Positions 35,835 through 44,647 of a stretch of DNA of 64,000 nucleotides are shown here, piece by piece. Made by a program: the position numbers and the translations under genes. The first letter of the stretch is position 1, and every line of letters starts with the position of its first letter. Origin of the DNA: Verrucomicrobiota bacterium (GTDB lineage: Bacteria > Verrucomicrobiota > Verrucomicrobiia > Limisphaerales > UBA8199); the NCBI GenBank assembly GCA_035358715.1, contig DAOPPX010000001.1:18412-82411 (forward strand), read 5' to 3'. The notes beneath the pieces were generated by a model. That model was not told the origin of the DNA. It did no database searches and saw only the letters and a list, made by a program, of their open reading frames with translations.

Positions 35835-36128
35835 TCACTCTTGGGCCGGAGGGGCGCCGGTCTGGGCAAACTCCTGCTGCAACGCCTCGAGAGTGCCGGG
35901 ACTGTTCTTGAGCAATTCGAGTATCAATCCAAGCAGGAGGCGGGAATCATTGGGCAATTCAATGATGCATCGCGCCATTTGGCGGCGGGAATGCTGAGGG
36001 GTAAGGATGATCTTATGGTCAAAGCTGTCCACGTAGATGCCGACAGTGGTGAATATCCCGTTTCGTCCCAAGCAACATGTGGTGGTGCCCGGCGGGAATG
36101 AAACCAGGCCATTTTCAGAGCTGCTCAT
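35835..36128 (-). CDS. hypothetical protein
   Basis: 97-aa ATG ORF with ATGA overlap to the upstream gene. Last gene of the ligase operon. Confidence 0.55.
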   Translation of the reverse strand: MSSSENGLVSFPPGTTTCCLGRNGIFTTVGIYVDSFDHKIILTPQHSRRQMARCIIELPNDSRLLLGLILELLKNSPGTLEALQQEFAQTGAPPAQE

Positions 36129-36496
36129 GAGTGCTGGTTAGAGATGGCCTCCAAGGCGCTGACAAGCCCCCGCACGTAATCCGGGTGTGTGACGTTGACT
36201 CCCGCACAAGCGTGTGCCAGCACCACAGCTTCCACCCCATCAATCGCGGAATTATGATTGGCACGGTGTTCCGCCCCAAAACCAGCTTCTGCTTCGGTGA
36301 TGTGAAGTGTGGATTTGACGGCGCCGCCGCCCCTGCCATCGAGTTGCAAGGAGATGCTGTCAGCGGCGAGATGGAGTTCGATGCTTTTCACGGTTTGTTT
36401 GAGGTCCCCGTCGCGCCGGAGCGGACTGGCCTGTCTCCACCGTCGGATTTGAATACCCCGGTTTTGGCTCCCGCGATTGCATTCCTGTTGCATCAC
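36125..36496 (-). CDS. hypothetical protein
   Basis: 123-aa ATG ORF with ATGA overlap to the ligA stop. Confidence 0.55.
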   Translation of the reverse strand: MMQQECNRGSQNRGIQIRRWRQASPLRRDGDLKQTVKSIELHLAADSISLQLDGRGGGAVKSTLHITEAEAGFGAEHRANHNSAIDGVEAVVLAHACAGVNVTHPDYVRGLVSALEAISNQHS

Positions 36497-38475
36497 GTTT
36501 GGTCGAGCAGCGCTAAGAACTCCGCCTCCGAGATGACTGGAATACCCGCCTTTTTAGCCTTTTGCAGCTTGCTGGATCCGGAATTCGGATCGGCGGACAC
36601 AAGATGAGTCACGTCTTTGCTGAAGGTATCGGTATAGCCGTGGCCCTTGGCCCGGATCAATTGCTCGAAGTGACTCTTGGGCCGGGAAAGCGCGCCGGTA
36701 ATGCAAAACCGATATCCGTCTGGCTTGTTGCCTGGCGTTGAGACTTCTGGACCGAGAATCTCCACACCAGCCTCCAGGAATTTTCGGATGAGCAGCTTCT
36801 GGGCAAGAAGATCCTCCTGCAATCGCCGGCCGATGTTGGGCACTCCCGCCTGGTCGGCCAGCCGAATCAATTTATCCGAAAGCCAATCGTTGAGGGTGTT
36901 GAATTCGCCCGGGACGGCTTGCTGGATCAAGGCGACGCGCCGCTTGCCGAGTCCGAAGATGCCCAGGGAGCCCAGGAGTTGGCTGAGCGTCAGGCGGCGT
37001 CGTTTCTCGACCTCCGCGAGGAACTTGTCGGCGCGCTTCTCACCTAATCGGACCCCGCCACTGAGTCTGAGCGCGGCCAGTTCATCGCGCCGATTTTTGA
37101 GGGTGTAAAGGTCCGCCGCATCCTTGACTGCCATCTCCTGTATCAGGGACTGAATGAGATTCTCGCCAACGCCGACGATGTCCAGCGATGAAAGGTAGCG
37201 CTCGATCTTGCCGTAGAGCTTCGCGGAGCATTCCGGGTTGAGGCAGTAGAGCGCCGTACTGTCGTCCCCTGAAACATTGCTACGGCGGCCGACTTTGCCC
37301 TGGCAGGCAGGGCAGCACGCCGGTTCTGGAATGACGGTGGACTCCGAGGATTTTTCCACGAGCTCCAAAATGCGCGGAATGATATCCCCGGCTTTGATCA
37401 CCCGGACTTTGTCCCCGATGCCGACATTAAGCTGACGGATGTTGTCCCAGTTGCAAAGTGTCGCCGAACTAACGGTTGTGCCTCCGATTTGAACCGGGTC
37501 GAAGGCAGCGGTTGGCACCACGCACCCCGTATGACCTACGCTGATGGACACGCGGCGAATGGTGGTCTCCGCTCCTTCAGCTTCAAACTTAAGCGCGACT
37601 TGGCCTTTGGGTCGCTGGTCGCTCTCGCCCAGGGAAAGCTGTTCGGCAATGTTGTCCAGTTTGACAACGATGCCGTCGATCCAGTAGGGCAGCTTGGGCC
37701 GCTCCTGCTGGGTTTTCACATACCAGTCCCAAACCGCCTCGGCTGTGCCGGTGAAGCTCGGAGCGCATTCAAACCCGATGTTGCGCATGGCTTGAGTCTG
37801 TTCCGTCTCTGTGGTGCATAGCGGCTGGCCGCTGCCGCCGAACGCGCGAAAAGCGAACACCTTGAGCAGCTCGCTTTGCTGCCCGTTCTTGCGGCGAGCA
37901 ATGCCGACGCAGCAGTTGCGCGGATTGGAAAGCGCGTCCGGGTCCACCCGCGCTGACCAGTCTTCCGTCGGCAGGATGACTTCACCGCGCATGAATCCGG
38001 TGAACGGATGCCCATCAAGTCGGCATTGCGCCGGGATGCCCCGGAACTTGAGCGCGTTGGCGGTGATGTCTTCGCCCGCCAGACCGTCTCCTCGCGAAAT
38101 GGCGGCAACCAGGCACCCATCGCGGAACTCAAACGAAAAGGAGCCGCCATCCATCTTGTAAGAGGCATGCAGCATCTTGCCCTCCGCGCCGATTCCCTTC
38201 ACCCACTTCAGGAACTCGCCGTGATTGACTGCCTTGGCGAGCGATCCCATGGGAATCGTGTGCTGCCGCTTCTGGAGATGAGCTTCCTGGAGTCGGGCGC
38301 CAACCCGTTTAAGGCGCGGGTCGTCGGGTGCCAACTGCGCAAGTTCATCCTTCCACTGGTCATACAGTGCATCCTCGACGAGGGCCTGGCCGCGCGTGTA
38401 ATAAGCCTCATCGGCTTGGTCGATCAGACGCCTTAACTCGGAAAGGCGTGAATTGGTACTGCCATCGCTATTCAT
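36493..38475 (-). CDS. ligA: NAD-dependent DNA ligase
   Basis: 660 aa. N-terminal Ia-like LIDQADEAYY. Adenylation SYKMDGGSFSFEF (KxDG), SRGDGLAGEDIT. Cys4 zinc finger CPACQG...CLNPEC. C-terminal BRCT-like FCITGALSRP...AGIPVISEAEFLALL. Confidence 0.9.
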   Translation of the reverse strand: MNSDGSTNSRLSELRRLIDQADEAYYTRGQALVEDALYDQWKDELAQLAPDDPRLKRVGARLQEAHLQKRQHTIPMGSLAKAVNHGEFLKWVKGIGAEGKMLHASYKMDGGSFSFEFRDGCLVAAISRGDGLAGEDITANALKFRGIPAQCRLDGHPFTGFMRGEVILPTEDWSARVDPDALSNPRNCCVGIARRKNGQQSELLKVFAFRAFGGSGQPLCTTETEQTQAMRNIGFECAPSFTGTAEAVWDWYVKTQQERPKLPYWIDGIVVKLDNIAEQLSLGESDQRPKGQVALKFEAEGAETTIRRVSISVGHTGCVVPTAAFDPVQIGGTTVSSATLCNWDNIRQLNVGIGDKVRVIKAGDIIPRILELVEKSSESTVIPEPACCPACQGKVGRRSNVSGDDSTALYCLNPECSAKLYGKIERYLSSLDIVGVGENLIQSLIQEMAVKDAADLYTLKNRRDELAALRLSGGVRLGEKRADKFLAEVEKRRRLTLSQLLGSLGIFGLGKRRVALIQQAVPGEFNTLNDWLSDKLIRLADQAGVPNIGRRLQEDLLAQKLLIRKFLEAGVEILGPEVSTPGNKPDGYRFCITGALSRPKSHFEQLIRAKGHGYTDTFSKDVTHLVSADPNSGSSKLQKAKKAGIPVISEAEFLALLDQT

Positions 38476-38511
38476 GTTTTGTTAGTTGGATGGGGTTCTG
38501 GATGACAGATC

Positions 38512-39336
38512 TCACACCGAGGGCAGCTTCTTGAGATGATCTTCGTTCGCGGCTTTACCCAGAACAGTTTGAATAGATTCCAGCAAGCGTGCTATTTCGC
38601 GAAAAGCGGCGCTGGAGACGGGCGTCCACACGTCCAGGGCCAAATCGTCGCCGTCCAACAGAAAGCGCATACCGTTCCAGGCATAGATGTACGAAGCGCT
38701 CAGTGTCAGTTCATGCCCGAATGAGACGCTGTATTTGCAATTCCAATCATCCACGACGCTTCGCCACGAACGGCTGGGTGTGTTCTGTTGGTACAACTGA
38801 ACCAGATCGCGGGCAATGATCTTTGGTGAGGTGCCAAGCCCGTATTCTTTAACCGCTGCCCACTTGTGCAGTTGGTTGAAGCTCGGCGGCCGTGGAATTA
38901 TACCGAAGCGAGCGCAAGCGGGTTGGAAGACCAGGACCGGACTTCCCGGACCGCGGCCTGTGATGAGGGCGAGTTGGCGTGTCGCCCATCTTGACCGCAG
39001 CCGGGCCGTCAACTGCCGCACCTGAACCAACAGATCCATGACCGCAACCAGTTCCGCCGGGTCCTTGTTCCAGTGGAAACAGATTCTGGGACCGCCATTT
39101 GGCCGGATCTCCACGACCGCGCCATAGTAGTAAACGGTCGGGGTGACGGACAGAATGTAGCCATTCCGCTGCACCACCAGAGAAACCGTGGCGGGGTTGA
39201 CATGGGGAACGGGGCGCTCGGTGAAGGCGATTCGAGCCTTTTGCAAAGCGTCCCTGAGCTTCTCAAGGTCCACGTTTTTCAGTTTGGCCCCCAAAGGAAA
39301 CTCCTTGCGCCCTACAATGGAGAATATGAAAGTCAA
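38512..39336 (-). CDS. hypothetical protein
   Basis: 274-aa ATG ORF, 36 nt upstream of ligA. Its start overlaps the divergent gene by ~20 nt, so one of the two starts is probably later. Confidence 0.55.
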   Translation of the reverse strand: MTFIFSIVGRKEFPLGAKLKNVDLEKLRDALQKARIAFTERPVPHVNPATVSLVVQRNGYILSVTPTVYYYGAVVEIRPNGGPRICFHWNKDPAELVAVMDLLVQVRQLTARLRSRWATRQLALITGRGPGSPVLVFQPACARFGIIPRPPSFNQLHKWAAVKEYGLGTSPKIIARDLVQLYQQNTPSRSWRSVVDDWNCKYSVSFGHELTLSASYIYAWNGMRFLLDGDDLALDVWTPVSSAAFREIARLLESIQTVLGKAANEDHLKKLPSV

Positions 39337-40000
39337 ATTGCCGAAACCTGCGCCCGATAATCAGCGGGTGCGCGAAATCCAACAGTGGCTGAGCGCCCAT
39401 GGTGGCAGCGTCGCCAATGCTTACGTCGTCAACGCCGCCGCCCTGAGCGAGTTGGGGGCCGAACGCGGGGTAATCGAGAAGATCCTCTGGCGCGTGCCGC
39501 GGGAAAAGCCGGACATGCAGCTCACCGCCGAGGCCATGATGGAAATGCTTACGCCCAAACGACTGATGCGTGAAGTTCGCAAGCAACTCAAAATCGACGG
39601 CAAGGAGGGCTTGGCCCACACCAAGGCCTTCGAGCAATCCCGCCGCCAGTTGATTGCCAGCAAGGTTTCCGCCAAGACCCAGAATCGGGAAGCCGTGATT
39701 CAGGAGGTGGAGTCCTGGTTTAAGTCGGTCCTGCCGGAGATGCGCGACACCAAAGCCATTCTTCGCGCGACCGAACTGCGTCTGGAGGCCGGCCGTGACA
39801 TCCATCCGGTATCGCCGCCACTGAACACCACGACCGAGCAGATCGAGCAGTTGAACAAGCGCGAGCCCGGCCGCGTTTACATTGACAAGGACGGAGGCGA
39901 ACTGCTCTTGCTCAAGCCTGGTGAGCAGGCCATGCTGGATGAGAAGGGATTACGCCTCCAGAACGAGGCGCCAGCGATGCCCGCCCCGGCGATGAGTTGA
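39317..40000 (+). CDS. hypothetical protein
   Basis: 227 aa from ATG 39317 (ATG 39326 is possible). The track ORF from 39188 overlaps the divergent gene. Confidence 0.5.
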   Translation: MENMKVKLPKPAPDNQRVREIQQWLSAHGGSVANAYVVNAAALSELGAERGVIEKILWRVPREKPDMQLTAEAMMEMLTPKRLMREVRKQLKIDGKEGLAHTKAFEQSRRQLIASKVSAKTQNREAVIQEVESWFKSVLPEMRDTKAILRATELRLEAGRDIHPVSPPLNTTTEQIEQLNKREPGRVYIDKDGGELLLLKPGEQAMLDEKGLRLQNEAPAMPAPAMS

Positions 40001-40075
40001 CCGCCGCCGGCATTAAGAGAGATTGTTCCTGAGCGAACGCGCCCAGGAAAGAGCGGGAACAATAATCTCCGGCGC

Positions 40076-40540
40076 TCATTTCTCAATCCTGAGGAACTGC
40101 CAGACAGGATCGTTGCTCGGCACGGCTGCTTGGCGCAACAATCGTACCAGCGCCGAATTTGGAGCCAAAGCGACGTAGCTGCCGCGGGCAATTGCCGCAA
40201 AAAGGTAAGCCAACTGCATTCCGAGTGGTCCGTTCCAGGATTCAGTCAGGTCGTAGAACCGTGTGGCCCATTGGGAGATCAATCGGGCGCGTCGGTCCTC
40301 GATCGTTCTCGGGTTGCTTTGCGGCTTTGAGAGGAACACTGGCGACACCTCAACGAGTTCGACGAACTCCTCCCGGCCGGGGTCAACGTCTAACCGCAGC
40401 AGCCTAACGGCCTGGGCGGGGCTCGGCTTTCCCTCTGCCCTTTGAGCGATGATTAAGCCTGTTGTGACGCCATGCCGATGAGAATGGGTCACGACAAAGT
40501 GGCGCAGGTTCTTCATGCCTTTTGTTTCGGTCGCTTTCAC
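40076..40540 (-). CDS. hypothetical protein
   Basis: 154 aa (GTG 40540) or 146 aa (ATG 40516). Confidence 0.5.
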   Translation of the reverse strand: MKATETKGMKNLRHFVVTHSHRHGVTTGLIIAQRAEGKPSPAQAVRLLRLDVDPGREEFVELVEVSPVFLSKPQSNPRTIEDRRARLISQWATRFYDLTESWNGPLGMQLAYLFAAIARGSYVALAPNSALVRLLRQAAVPSNDPVWQFLRIEK

Positions 40541-40609
40541 TGGAACAGAGGTTGCCTTGGATTATCGGAGTACAATCCGATGAGACTTGGTCCGAAAGTT
40601 TCGGGGTTA

Positions 40610-41401
40610 TCACGCTGCCGCTGGAATTCTCGGGGCGGCAGAGCCGAAAACATATCCGCAGAAGTGGCAAACCAAACGGCCATCCCCGTTCATCTCGGTT
40701 TGGCCGTTGCAGCGGGGACAATTCTCCAGGGCTGGCTTTGCCGGCGCGCCCAGGATTGCGCAAGGCATAACCGTCTTTATCTTCTCTGCCGCCGGGAATT
40801 CCGCCTCGACTCCGGGGCACCGAACCGCAAGAAAGCTCTCCCCGCTCTCCGGCTTTTCGAGCACGACCCGTTTGGCCTCGGCGATTGAAAGCCAGACCAC
40901 GCATTTCGTGAAACGACCATGTGTGCAATCCAGGAAGACCCCTGCGCGCCACTCCGATTGGGGTGGAAAAATAAAGGGGAGAAAGGCCCGCCAGTGCTTG
41001 CCCGCAGCGAATTGCGTGAGGGCTCGCAATTCGGCCCGGTTCAATAAAGCAATCTCCACGTTGCTGGGGCGGGAAAGCATTCGGATTCGAGCGGCATGGC
41101 AGCCGCTAAACAAGGCCAGGTCGCTAATCAGCCCCTCAGGATTATCTGCTGGCAGGTCGTACAGGAAATAGTTGGGCGATTGGACCCCCTGGTCTGGTTG
41201 AGTCCTCGTCTTTCTGCGAACGCGCCTGATTCTCGGGTTGAGGAGCAGGATTCCCTGGTCACCAGCAATCTCGACGCGGAAGTGGATTTTCTCCCTGGGA
41301 TCGCATTGCCAGGCGCGTAAGAACACACGCCTGAATTCTTCATTGCCGTGCCCTTTAACCTGGAACGTGGCGGGCTGGGAATTCGAGTATTCAGTGTGCA
41401 T
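40610..41401 (-). CDS. hypothetical protein with C-terminal zinc ribbon
   Basis: 263-aa ATG ORF. CPRCNGQTEMNGDGRLVCHFCG near the C-terminus. Confidence 0.6.
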   Translation of the reverse strand: MHTEYSNSQPATFQVKGHGNEEFRRVFLRAWQCDPREKIHFRVEIAGDQGILLLNPRIRRVRRKTRTQPDQGVQSPNYFLYDLPADNPEGLISDLALFSGCHAARIRMLSRPSNVEIALLNRAELRALTQFAAGKHWRAFLPFIFPPQSEWRAGVFLDCTHGRFTKCVVWLSIAEAKRVVLEKPESGESFLAVRCPGVEAEFPAAEKIKTVMPCAILGAPAKPALENCPRCNGQTEMNGDGRLVCHFCGYVFGSAAPRIPAAA

Positions 41402-41449
41402 AGCGTGGACTCCCGGTGATCCGGCTTGGCTTGGCGCTCGGCACCTCCC

Positions 41450-41680
41450 TCACGGACAGGTCTGCGCCAAGGCCGTCTTGAGCGTTTCTGTAGCTTTCGA
41501 TCGCGCTTTGGCCCAATTGGGCTCGTGGAAGCTGGCAATCGTCTCGCTTTGTTGACCGTCCTGGTCAAACCAATACGCCCATAGCCGGCAGCGGCCATTG
41601 GCCCGCTGATAAAGTTCAACTGTCGGAGAGGTGGCTCCGCCGGAATGCAGCGTTGTTCGATGGATAACCGACGATCTCAT
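41450..41680 (-). CDS. small hypothetical protein
   Basis: 76 aa. ATGA overlap with the PAPS-reductase-like gene. Confidence 0.5.
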   Translation of the reverse strand: MRSSVIHRTTLHSGGATSPTVELYQRANGRCRLWAYWFDQDGQQSETIASFHEPNWAKARSKATETLKTALAQTCP

Positions 41681-42696
41681 TCGTTGGTGTTAGATTCACA
41701 TCCCGTCCCAACCGGAAGTCCAACGGCCTCGAGCGGGGGATTGCAGATGGCCTCCAGCCAATGCTGCCAGTCATTGAAGCCCAAGCGTTCGAAATCATTA
41801 CAGGTGAGCGGTTCCGTCGGCGTCGCGGCGATCAGGCGGTCAACCTCGCCCGACGAGAGCAACCCTTTCTCCACAATGTATTCCGTGATGCTTCCTGGCT
41901 TTGGAATAGCGCCTCGGCATCCCTTGACCCGTCGCCGCCATAGCCCTTCACAAAGAGGAACCCCTTCGCCGCGCGGCCAGCCCTTGGCTTCGGCGTGGTC
42001 CAGGTGGCGCTGCCGAGCGCGGGCCTCGAGTACAACGATAATCTCCAGCTCGCGGCGGCCCAGGGTGTCGATTTCAAACGGTTTGATCGCCGGACAGAAG
42101 TAGCAACTGGACTTGGGCGGCACGGGCAGGCCGGCGCTGTGGATGGCTTGCACGCAGTCCTCGCGGGTCCAGCCCCACTGCTGGAGCGGGAACCAGAGTT
42201 CATACTTTTCTTTTTCGTCATTCTGGATGGCGAAGGTCTGGCAGCCGCGTTCGGCCCGGCGTCGTTCATGCGGCGAATCATCAAAGCCAATGGCTTTGAG
42301 AATCTTCCCGCCCTCGGCCCACCATTCCCTGGCCCAGGAAAGACCGGAGATGAATGAGCTAATGGGGGCGATCTTCCATTTCGAACTGCAGGCATGAAAG
42401 CCGTAAGCCAGGCTCGGCAGCGTGCTATTGGTGAGGCAGTTTTCGAGCAACGTTCTGTAGGGCGGCCAATGCTTGTAGTCCTGGGGCTGGTAGCGAACGG
42501 TCACCGAGCGGGGGAAGCCTACCGATTCCAGCCAGTCATCAAAGATGGGCCGAAAGGCGTAGGTTTCAGGCCGCTCGGAGCCTACATCGGCCACAATTAT
42601 CAATTCTGGCCGAATACCCCGATCCCGCAGGCCGATGAGCATGCCGGTCGAGTCCTGTCCCATCCCCCAGCAGACTACCAGTGGCTGGAGGTTCAT
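41677..42696 (-). CDS. PAPS reductase / DndC-like ATP-pyrophosphatase family protein
   Basis: 339 aa. N-terminal VVCWGMGQDSTGML is a PP-loop variant of SGGKDS. SSCYFCP motif. ATGA overlap with the MTase gene. Confidence 0.7.
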   Translation of the reverse strand: MNLQPLVVCWGMGQDSTGMLIGLRDRGIRPELIIVADVGSERPETYAFRPIFDDWLESVGFPRSVTVRYQPQDYKHWPPYRTLLENCLTNSTLPSLAYGFHACSSKWKIAPISSFISGLSWAREWWAEGGKILKAIGFDDSPHERRRAERGCQTFAIQNDEKEKYELWFPLQQWGWTREDCVQAIHSAGLPVPPKSSCYFCPAIKPFEIDTLGRRELEIIVVLEARARQRHLDHAEAKGWPRGEGVPLCEGLWRRRVKGCRGAIPKPGSITEYIVEKGLLSSGEVDRLIAATPTEPLTCNDFERLGFNDWQHWLEAICNPPLEAVGLPVGTGCESNTNE

Positions 42697-43430
42697 TTGG
42701 AGATTTTCACCAGGACGGTTCGGATGTCGGTGCCACTGGCCTTGAAAGTGCCTTCGGCAAGGTCTTCCACCTCATGGTCCAACTCCTCGATCCAGGCACG
42801 GAATTCGGCATGCTTGCGATCCTTGCGGTACTGCCAGGCCGGAGACGTAACCGTAACGAGAATGCCGCCAGGTTTGAGCAGGTCATACATGTGGCGCACA
42901 TGCTCCACATCCTGCCCGTTGCGGAAGGGCGGGTTGGCGACGATGCGATCGAAGGTGCCCAGTTCCCCGTTGCACTGCAGGAAGTCCCTGTAGTGGACAC
43001 GCTGGGCAAGGTCCTTCAGCTCGACCAGGGATGAATTCAGCTCCACTGCGGTTCGGCGGACCGTTTGAGGCATTTCTTTGAGGATGGCTCCTCTGCCGGC
43101 ACTGGGCTCCAACACGCTTTGGCCCTCGTGCAGGTCGGCCAAAGCCACCATGCGTCGGGCCAACTCAGGCGGGGTTTCGTAGAATTGGTAGAGCTTCTGG
43201 AAATCGATAACCTCGCCGGCCATGACCGCTTCGTCCACGCGCTCGGCGCACTCGCCTTCGAAAACGTGGGCGCCAATGCTCCGGTTCCATTTGCCGCCGA
43301 GCAGTTCAATGATTTTGGCGGTTTGGACGTAGAGTTCCCGGGGCAGTTGGCGCGGCAGATGTAATCGATTTTCCTCGCATCGTGACTGTTTGAGCACCTC
43401 AAGAACTTCGTTGGGTATGACCTTTTTCAT
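42693..43430 (-). CDS. amino-methyltransferase, probably N6-adenine DNA MTase
   Basis: 245 aa from ATG 43430. Motif I VLEPSAGRGAIL, motif IV ANPPF. Confidence 0.8.
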   Translation of the reverse strand: MKKVIPNEVLEVLKQSRCEENRLHLPRQLPRELYVQTAKIIELLGGKWNRSIGAHVFEGECAERVDEAVMAGEVIDFQKLYQFYETPPELARRMVALADLHEGQSVLEPSAGRGAILKEMPQTVRRTAVELNSSLVELKDLAQRVHYRDFLQCNGELGTFDRIVANPPFRNGQDVEHVRHMYDLLKPGGILVTVTSPAWQYRKDRKHAEFRAWIEELDHEVEDLAEGTFKASGTDIRTVLVKISK

Positions 43431-43494
43431 GCTGTTGTGTTTGGCGGTTGAATCCCGGCTGAAAGCCTGTTGCGGGGCAGGCCACAAGCAGGCT

Positions 43495-43884
43495 TCAACC
43501 GATCTTGCAAGCACCGGAAGGAGAGGAAGGACGAGCAAACCTGCCAATTAACGGCGCGGTCCGGAGAGTGAATTTCCGGTTGCGAACCACCGGCCGCTTC
43601 AGTGCGTCAGCTTCATGCACGAGGCGGGAGAGTTCTTCGAAGTCCTGCGGCCTGCAGGCCAGTTCCAGCACGTTGACGCCGCTTACGGTATGGCCTTGCT
43701 GCAATCCCCAACGGACGCCACTGTTGCTGGTGAAGGTGTCATAGCGGAAGTTCTCCCGGACAAAGAACCGGCGGCCTTCATATTCGCATTCGGTGATTTG
43801 GAATTCCACGCCGGAGTTGTTGGCGCAGTTTCCTTGAAAACGTCGGAACCTGCCTTTGGCCAGGACGCGCAGGCGGTCGGGCAT
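43495..43884 (-). CDS. hypothetical protein
   Basis: 129 aa from ATG 43884, 8 nt after the upstream TAG. Confidence 0.5.
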   Translation of the reverse strand: MPDRLRVLAKGRFRRFQGNCANNSGVEFQITECEYEGRRFFVRENFRYDTFTSNSGVRWGLQQGHTVSGVNVLELACRPQDFEELSRLVHEADALKRPVVRNRKFTLRTAPLIGRFARPSSPSGACKIG

Positions 43885-43892
43885 AATCTTCG

Positions 43893-44156
43893 CTACGGTT
43901 TGGGGAGCCCCGGGCGGTTGCTCTGGGGAGAAATGCTGTCGCAACGAGCTTTAACCGGCGTTCCATCGCGGCGGGCGTGCAGATAATAGGTCGAGTCTGT
44001 CCTCCGGCTGCCGAAAACACCGTAGCGCACTGAGGTTCTGAGCACTTTATACCCAGACTTTGCCAGGTAACGGGCACGCTGGTCTCGGGCCGTTCGCGCA
44101 CTTTGCGCTCCTCCCCACTGATAATCGAAGTAGCTCTCGTGGTACTCGGGCCTCAT
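43893..44156 (-). CDS. hypothetical protein
   Basis: 87 aa from ATG 44156 (TTG 44222 is an alternative). Confidence 0.45.
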   Translation of the reverse strand: MRPEYHESYFDYQWGGAQSARTARDQRARYLAKSGYKVLRTSVRYGVFGSRRTDSTYYLHARRDGTPVKARCDSISPQSNRPGLPKP

Positions 44157-44314
44157 TTCACGAGCGCTTGTTTGGCGGGTTATTTCGAACGAGACCCTCA
44201 CCCATTGGAGCAGACTGGCCAATGGTTGCCCGATTCCGTGTCGCGCAAATCGGGTGGTCCAAACTCTGAGGGCGGCACAGCCCGGTGGGCCAAGGTGCGG
44301 AGCGCCTCAGAGGG

Positions 44315-44647
44315 TCAGGAGTTCATGCAGAACTGCGCGAGTCTGACAATGGCGTTCAAGGCGGCCAACGGCACGTTGTAGATGAAGAAGGCAACGACGG
44401 CGGATATTATGGAGACGAACAGCACCAGACCCGATGCCGTGTCGGTGGTGAAATGCGGATCCCTGGCCCAGTGGTAAAACGGCAGAAGCATCTGAACGGC
44501 AAAGAACCCAAAGAACAGGACACGCAACGTCTCCAGGCTCACCATCTCCGTCACGGGACATCCGGGCGCATACCAGCCGGCATACCGCTCGACCAGAAAG
44601 GTCGAGAGCGTCAGCGTAGAGAGAAATGCGAAGAGCGGCCGGTTCAT
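44315..44647 (-). CDS. small membrane protein (about 3 TM segments)
   Basis: 110 aa from ATG 44647. Hydrophobic stretches LFAFLSTLTLSTFLV, VLFFGFFAVQMLLPF, LVLFVSIISAVVAFFIY. ATGA overlap with the upstream gene. Confidence 0.6.
   Translation of the reverse strand: MNRPLFAFLSTLTLSTFLVERYAGWYAPGCPVTEMVSLETLRVLFFGFFAVQMLLPFYHWARDPHFTTDTASGLVLFVSIISAVVAFFIYNVPLAALNAIVRLAQFCMNS

Noticed and set aside
44264-44312. Imperfect hairpin (ctctgagggcg / cgcctcagag) just after the 3-TM gene stop, and a weaker one at 40022..40063, considered as terminators
   Set aside because: The loops are long (26-28 nt), the stems are bulged or short, and the U-tract is poor. This is not strong enough to call.
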